Below the pieces are notes generated by a model. It saw only the letters and a list, made by a program, of their open reading frames with translations, was not told the DNA's origin and did no database searches. DNA of 64,000 nucleotides from Salinispira sp. GTDB lineage: Bacteria; Spirochaetota; Spirochaetia; DSM-27196; Salinispiraceae. Every line of letters starts with the position of its first letter. Position 1 is the stretch's first letter. A program made the position numbers and the translations under genes. Of this stretch, positions 58,844 through 64,000 are shown piece by piece. The stretch lies in NCBI GenBank assembly GCA_965602015.1, contig OZ271918.1, forward strand, positions 1,312,001 to 1,376,000. The letters are read 5' to 3'.

Positions 58844-59974
58844 AGAATCCTGCGGCTTGCCGTCCCGCAGCATGGTGGCCGAGACCAGCAAGCCCGGACG
58901 GAATACCGTTGTGCGATTGCGACCGGCGTTTTTACTTTGATACAGGGCGCTGTCCGCCTGCTCGATGAGCTTCTCACCGCTGACCTGGTTAAGGGGATGA
59001 ATGGCAGCGCAGCCCATGCTTGCGGTTACCGAGAGCACCTGGCCCTGGTAGGTGATTTTCTGTTCACTAATGCTGAGTCGCAATCTCTCGGCGATGAGCC
59101 AGGTTTGCTGCCGATTGGTGAGCGGCAGAAGAACGGTGAACTCCTCACCGCCGAATCGGGCGGCAATATCGCTTCTGCGCAGGGAATGGCTCAATACCCC
59201 GGCAATCCGTTTGATAACCAGGTCGCCTGCAAGATGACCGTAGCTGTCGTTGAAATTCTTGAAATTATCGATATCGAGCACAATCAACCCCGCGCCATGG
59301 TCATATTCCCTGGCGACGGCAATTTCCTCATTGAGCCGTTTCATAAAAAAAATGTGGTTGTATAGATGAGTTTTTGCGTCAGTCACCGCACTGAGATAAT
59401 GGATGTTGTTCTGAATCGAAATTGACGTGAAATTCATCAGCCGGTCGAGATAATGAATTTCCTCATCACTGTAATGTGGCTCGAGGATTTTCCGGCTTAC
59501 GAGAATTATTCCGTAGAGCCCGTTTAGTCCCACGATGGGAACAACGATTTCCGGATTGAACAGCTTGAGCTTCTCGGAAATATCCGGTCTTTCAAATTTG
59601 AACTCGAAGAGTTCGAAATGGATTGTTCTCGGGTACTTAATAAAGAATTCTTCAAAGGGTTCCAGACTGGTTAATTGAAGGTCGAAATCATGGCGCCTGA
59701 GATTCTGGAAGCCGTAATACTGAACCTGACGGTTTCGGTCCTGGAGGATAAAGACCAGCTTGCCGGGAATGAACTTGTTGGAGATGCAATCAACGACGTA
59801 TTCCAGAAGACCTTCCAGGCTGGTTTTGGAGAACACCTCCGTGGCCTGTTGCAGCAGCTCTTCCAGTTCCGCCACCCGCTTTTGCTGGTTGTCTATTTCC
59901 TGAAAGACACCGATATCCTGGAGAAGATTGTAATGCTCTATTATTTTCGGATTGTTGGCGAACTCAGGTACCAT
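58664..59974 (-). CDS. GAF-like plus GGDEF diguanylate cyclase
   Basis: DIDNFKNFNDSYGHLAGD, I-site RRSD, RFGGEEF, ADSALYQSKNAGRN; the last ~60 codons overlap the asparaginase gene. Confidence 0.9.
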   Translation of the reverse strand: MVPEFANNPKIIEHYNLLQDIGVFQEIDNQQKRVAELEELLQQATEVFSKTSLEGLLEYVVDCISNKFIPGKLVFILQDRNRQVQYYGFQNLRRHDFDLQLTSLEPFEEFFIKYPRTIHFELFEFKFERPDISEKLKLFNPEIVVPIVGLNGLYGIILVSRKILEPHYSDEEIHYLDRLMNFTSISIQNNIHYLSAVTDAKTHLYNHIFFMKRLNEEIAVAREYDHGAGLIVLDIDNFKNFNDSYGHLAGDLVIKRIAGVLSHSLRRSDIAARFGGEEFTVLLPLTNRQQTWLIAERLRLSISEQKITYQGQVLSVTASMGCAAIHPLNQVSGEKLIEQADSALYQSKNAGRNRTTVFRPGLLVSATMLRDGKPQDSSPIDEDAPAPVLDDRTRREDSPVHGDVDPSGEQLDGGDGSSQVEQGIRASYGIWDHCPG

Positions 59975-59982
59975 AATCCCGT

Positions 59983-60474
59983 TTAATGATCGTGTTGATG
60001 GCCGTGTTCATCGTGCACATGACCATGATCAAGTTCCTCTTTGGTCGCATCCCAAATGTCCAAGACGCTGGCCTTGAAATGAATGTCGGTTCCCGCCAGC
60101 GGGTGGTTGGCATTAATGGTAACCTCACCACCGCTGATCTTCTCAATTCTGCAATATCTCAGTTCACCGTGAATTTCCGCTTCGAACTCCAGCTCTTCCT
60201 GAAGGTCGTCATCGGAAATATTCATATCCTTCCGGTTCACCGTAAAAATCAGTTCGGGGTCGTATTCTCCGAAGGCATCGGCGGCGGAAACTGTGGTGTC
60301 TACAGAATCGCCGACGCTTTTACCCTCGAGGCTCTTTTCCAGACCCGGGGCAAGAAATTCCGTCCCGTGTATGTAGGGAAGGTTTCCATTCTCATCCGAA
60401 CTATCGAGCAGTTCTCCGTCGGTCTTGGAAAGCTCGTATGAAATGGTAACTACTTTGTTTTTCTCAATTTTCAT
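59983..60474 (-). CDS. slyD: FKBP-type peptidyl-prolyl isomerase SlyD
   Basis: YIHG...PGLE..LEGK, AFGEYD, NHPLAG, His-rich tail HGHVHDEHGHQHDH. Confidence 0.93.
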   Translation of the reverse strand: MKIEKNKVVTISYELSKTDGELLDSSDENGNLPYIHGTEFLAPGLEKSLEGKSVGDSVDTTVSAADAFGEYDPELIFTVNRKDMNISDDDLQEELEFEAEIHGELRYCRIEKISGGEVTINANHPLAGTDIHFKASVLDIWDATKEELDHGHVHDEHGHQHDH

Positions 60475-62720
60475 GTATCACCGCCTGCTGCAGTAAACGT
60501 GGCAAGCCACTGTTCAAATTCTTCGGGGGGGAGGGGTTTGCTGAAATAAAAACCTTGTACATCGCGGCAGCCCAGCTTCCTGATAAAATCAAGTTGGCCG
60601 GGAGTTTCAATTCCCTCCGCAATTGTCAGCAGCCCCAGGTTATTGGCCATGCTGACGATCAGTCCGCTGATTGTTCGAGCTTTCTCATCGCTCTCAAGAT
60701 TCATAACGAAGGACCTATCCACCTTGAGGCGCTGAATCGGCAATCTCAGAAGATAGGCGAGAGAAGAATATCCGGTGCCGAAATCATCTATCGATATGGC
60801 GAATCCGATTTCCTTTATTTCCTCGAGCAGATGAATGACCGACTCCACCTCATTCATGAGGGTGCTTTCGGTAATTTCCAGTTCGAAATGCTCTGCGCTG
60901 ATTTCCTCTTCCCGGAGTATTTGCTTAAAACTGCTGATAAAGTCGGGATCCATAAACTGCCGAACCGATACATTTATTGCAATTTTGAAATCAAGCAGAC
61001 CCTGTTTTTTCCATTCCCGGGCCTGCCTGCAGCTTTTCCTGAAAATCTCCTTCCCGATATCGATAATCAATCCGGTGGATTCGGCCACCGGAATAAAATG
61101 CGTCGGCGGAACCAGGGTTCCGTCGTTTTTGACCCATCTAACCAGCGATTCGACACCGCTTATTTTGTTGCTCTGAATGTCCACCTGCGGCTGATAGTAT
61201 ATAACAAACTCATCCCGGCTCAGCGCCGGATGAAGATCTTTGGTGATTTCGAGGCGGGTTTCCGCCGAACGGGCCATTTCGTCGGAGTAATACTCCCAGT
61301 GACCGCTGTGGGAGTCTTTGGCGATTTTCATCGCCATGTCCGCATTTTTTAATAGCTCGAGAGCCTCCAACCCGCCGCGTTCAAGGCGGGTGAGGCCGAT
61401 GGTAGCCGAAATGGGAAAGGGGGTGTTTTTAATGACAAAGGGCCGGTTGAACGGCGCCAGCAATTGGCTGGGATGCATATTCTCTTCGGGGCCGAGAATG
61501 CCGAAGGTGTCGCCACCGATGCGGGCGATGGTATATTCGGCGGGCAGGGAATTGGCCAGCCGGTCTGCGATGGCCTGAATGAGAAGGTCGCCGTTTTTGT
61601 GGCCCAGGGCATTGTTGACGGCGGAAAAATTATCCACATCGAGGACGGCCAGGAAAAAAGTTTTCCCGTCGGTCTTTAGTGCGTTGATATCGAGCAAAAA
61701 TCGGGTTCTGTTCGGTAGGCGGCACAGTTGATCGAAATAGGCGTACTGGTTCAATTGTGAAATCAGATTGATATTGTTGAAGCCGATCCCTATGCTTACC
61801 GCGAAAATATCCAGCAGGTTGCGTGAAAGGTCATCGAGTTCCTTGAAGGTTTCGATGACAAGGCAGCCGTCCCGTCCGTCGTTGCCGGCGATATACTGAT
61901 AGTACAATCCGTCCCGAAACAGGCTCATTTTGCCGCTGAGACATTCTTTAATGCTGGCCAGGAGTTTTTCATCGGGCAGCTCGTCTGCGGAAAGGTCCGC
62001 AAGTCCTTCGAAGCTGCCGACTGCGCCGTTTGAGTACAGGTTTTTCCGGGATCCGCCGCCTCCAACGGAACGCATTTCCATCAGCAGCAGGGCGTTCGGC
62101 GATTCGATGCCCAAAAGCTGTGCGCTGTGATTCAGAACGTCGAGAGAATAGCGGTCGCTGTCCGGCGAATTAAATATCGCGTTGGTGGCGTCGACAATTT
62201 TACGCATGCCCAGTTCGCCGCGCTGGATGGCGTGGACTTGCTGGTAGCTGCGAATCGCCGTGGTCAAGGCGGTAACAAGTCTGGTCCGGGTAAGTTCGGA
62301 CTTCATGCGGTAATCGTTTATGTCGTAATTTTGAATGACTTCCAGCTCCGGGGCATAGCCGGGCTGTCCGGTACGGAGGATAATGCGGGGCGCTTCGAGC
62401 TTTAATTCGGTTCTTATGACCTTTGCCAGTTCAAGCCCCGAATCATCCCGCTCCATAACGACATCCAGCAGGATGACCGCCACGTCCCGTTCAGTTTCCA
62501 GCAAGGCCTTTGCCTCTGCCGCCGAGTACGCGTGAAGAAAGGTGAGGGGGGCGTCGAGAATTTTTATATCTGACAGAGCCAGGGAGGTTACTTTGTGAAC
62601 CTGTTCGTCATCGTCGACGACCAGAACCTTCCATGGTTCTTCGCTATCAGTTCCCGGATGATCATCGGTTTCCGAGCGAAATACCAGAAGATCATCAGTG
62701 GGTGCCGCATTTGCTGCCAA
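60471..62720 (-). CDS. REC-DUF3369-GGDEF-EAL protein (probable c-di-GMP phosphodiesterase)
   Basis: WKVLVVDD, IILRTGQPGYAPE, degenerate GGDTF, ESLVRW, ELEITES, IDDFGTGYSSL, AEGIET, QGFYFSKP. Confidence 0.9.
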   Translation of the reverse strand: MAANAAPTDDLLVFRSETDDHPGTDSEEPWKVLVVDDDEQVHKVTSLALSDIKILDAPLTFLHAYSAAEAKALLETERDVAVILLDVVMERDDSGLELAKVIRTELKLEAPRIILRTGQPGYAPELEVIQNYDINDYRMKSELTRTRLVTALTTAIRSYQQVHAIQRGELGMRKIVDATNAIFNSPDSDRYSLDVLNHSAQLLGIESPNALLLMEMRSVGGGGSRKNLYSNGAVGSFEGLADLSADELPDEKLLASIKECLSGKMSLFRDGLYYQYIAGNDGRDGCLVIETFKELDDLSRNLLDIFAVSIGIGFNNINLISQLNQYAYFDQLCRLPNRTRFLLDINALKTDGKTFFLAVLDVDNFSAVNNALGHKNGDLLIQAIADRLANSLPAEYTIARIGGDTFGILGPEENMHPSQLLAPFNRPFVIKNTPFPISATIGLTRLERGGLEALELLKNADMAMKIAKDSHSGHWEYYSDEMARSAETRLEITKDLHPALSRDEFVIYYQPQVDIQSNKISGVESLVRWVKNDGTLVPPTHFIPVAESTGLIIDIGKEIFRKSCRQAREWKKQGLLDFKIAINVSVRQFMDPDFISSFKQILREEEISAEHFELEITESTLMNEVESVIHLLEEIKEIGFAISIDDFGTGYSSLAYLLRLPIQRLKVDRSFVMNLESDEKARTISGLIVSMANNLGLLTIAEGIETPGQLDFIRKLGCRDVQGFYFSKPLPPEEFEQWLATFTAAGGDT

Positions 62721-62813
62721 AAGGCATCCTCCTTGATGTAGAAAATCAGCTCGTCACTCGTTTTAAGTCTAAATCATAATCCGCGGTTTTACTATTCACA
62801 CGGGGTATTTTCT

Positions 62814-63344
62814 TTATTCCTTGTCGGGAGTTATCTCGGCAAGCAGGGCATCGATGTCATCCTGACGGGCGTCATCCTTGCGCTCGTAGGCTAATTCGGC
62901 GTTCACGCCCCTCAGCTTGCTCAAGAGGCCGAAGATGATCATGAACATGAACTTTACCGCTGCCTTTGGGCGCTTGTTTATGCTTTTGAGAAATCCGCTG
63001 CGGGTTATCTGGATGAGCTTCACCTCATCCTGCGCGACGATGCTTGCCGTGCGCTCGGTGTTGCTGAAAAGCCCCGCCTCGCCGAAAATTTCCCCTGGCC
63101 CCAAGGACGCGATGTACACAGAGCGGCCGTCATTTTCCACCTCGACGGAGACCGTCCCGCCGACAAGAAGATACATGTTTTGGTCTATCTCCCCTTCTGC
63201 GATAATGGATTCAGTGGGCGAGAATTCATACACCGATGCGAATTCGACGATGGCATCGAGTTCTTCTTCCACAAGGTGGGTGCCCAATGGTGATTCGGCA
63301 ATGGCTTTGTGAATGGTTTCTAACGGAAGCTCAATCTTTTTCAT
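62814..63344 (-). CDS. Cyclic nucleotide-binding domain protein (no HTH)
   Basis: IIAEGE...MYLLVGG.V.V, GPGEIFGEAGLF...RTASIVA. Confidence 0.88.
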   Translation of the reverse strand: MKKIELPLETIHKAIAESPLGTHLVEEELDAIVEFASVYEFSPTESIIAEGEIDQNMYLLVGGTVSVEVENDGRSVYIASLGPGEIFGEAGLFSNTERTASIVAQDEVKLIQITRSGFLKSINKRPKAAVKFMFMIIFGLLSKLRGVNAELAYERKDDARQDDIDALLAEITPDKE

Positions 63345-63368
63345 ATGCCCAGTATAATGGCGAGGCGT

Positions 63369-64000
63369 TTAAATTTCATCTTTTAGATCAATTTTCTGTA
63401 TATCTTTTCCGGTTTCCGCCCCGAGTTCCTTCAGGGCACGTACTCGATTGATGAGGTTTCCCCTGCCGCTGCTCAGTTTTCGGCCGGCGCTTTGCCAGGC
63501 TTCCCGGGCCTCGGCCAATTTGTCTCCGATTTTCTGAACATCGGCGGCAAAGCCGGCGAATTTATCGTGGAGGGCTCCGGCCTTTTCGGCGATTTCCCGG
63601 GCGTTGCGCTGCTGACGGTCCCCTTTCCACATCTGTTCGACGATGCGCAGCGAAAGATACAGACTCGCCGGCCCCACCATGAGGATTTTCCTATCCATCG
63701 CAGTTTGGAACAGAGTCGGATCCGATTGCTGGGCGGTACTCAGTGCACCCTCTACCGGAACGAACATCAGAACAAAATCCGGTGCCTGCAGGCCGTCCAA
63801 ACGATCATACTCCTTGGCCGAAAGCTCGTTGACGTGCTGCCTGAGGCTCACCAGGTGCTTTTTGAGATGGGCCTGCCGCTCATCTTCGGTCAAAGCGTTG
63901 TGGGCCCGTTCATATGAAAGCATGCTCACCTTCGAATCAATGATGATATTTCGTCCCTCGGGCAGGTAGAGTACCGCATCCGGGCGGTACCGCCGGCCGT
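63369..64000 (-). CDS. rmuC: DNA recombination protein RmuC, 5' end outside window
   Basis: Frame open to the edge: RPDAVLYLPEGRNIIIDSK, DFVLMFVPVEGA, LHDKF, GRGNL. Confidence 0.9.
   Translation of the reverse strand, partial: GRRYRPDAVLYLPEGRNIIIDSKVSMLSYERAHNALTEDERQAHLKKHLVSLRQHVNELSAKEYDRLDGLQAPDFVLMFVPVEGALSTAQQSDPTLFQTAMDRKILMVGPASLYLSLRIVEQMWKGDRQQRNAREIAEKAGALHDKFAGFAADVQKIGDKLAEAREAWQSAGRKLSSGRGNLINRVRALKELGAETGKDIQKIDLKDEI

Noticed and set aside
1..64000. CRISPR array, rRNA, reverse transcriptase/DGR
   Set aside because: No regularly spaced repeats, rRNA signatures or RT motifs seen; differences between SH3 repeats are not adenine-specific.

Overview
This is a 64-kb stretch of bacterial chromosome, most likely from a free-living spirochaete (inferred from CheX, 'FAGG..E'-type signal peptides on the BMP and TAXI proteins, and DUF3783). 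Most of it is ordinary core and metabolic content: a truncated globin, SelO, a carotenoid oxygenase, a GH13 lipoprotein, a TAXI-TRAP transporter, a glycerol cluster (fused GlpA-like dehydrogenase, DUF1667, glpK, a second GlpA-like gene, DeoR), a photolyase/cryptochrome operon, hisC, clpB, argH, a nucleoside ABC transporter, a CheA-like/CheX/CheY module, c-di-GMP enzymes, slyD and rmuC. Two accessory regions stand out. (1) About 24-32 kb is an AT-richer block of surface lipoprotein genes (transglutaminase/DUF3857, PEGA, five-fold repeat protein), two of which carry single-base frameshifts. (2) About 34.7-40.5 kb is an integrase-less island next to tRNA-fMet, built from repeated cassettes. Each cassette has a remnant of an NlpC/P60-like C-terminus coupled to a secreted protein with a variable N-terminus and a near-constant SH3b tail. 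BrnT/BrnA (twice) and MNT-HEPN modules sit between them, and the island ends in a structured tRNA-linked repeat with GGA-loop hairpins. Also seen: a ~150-bp MITE, several apparently leaderless genes, and candidate ArgR and DeoR operators. All family calls come from motif recognition by eye; no database searches were run.
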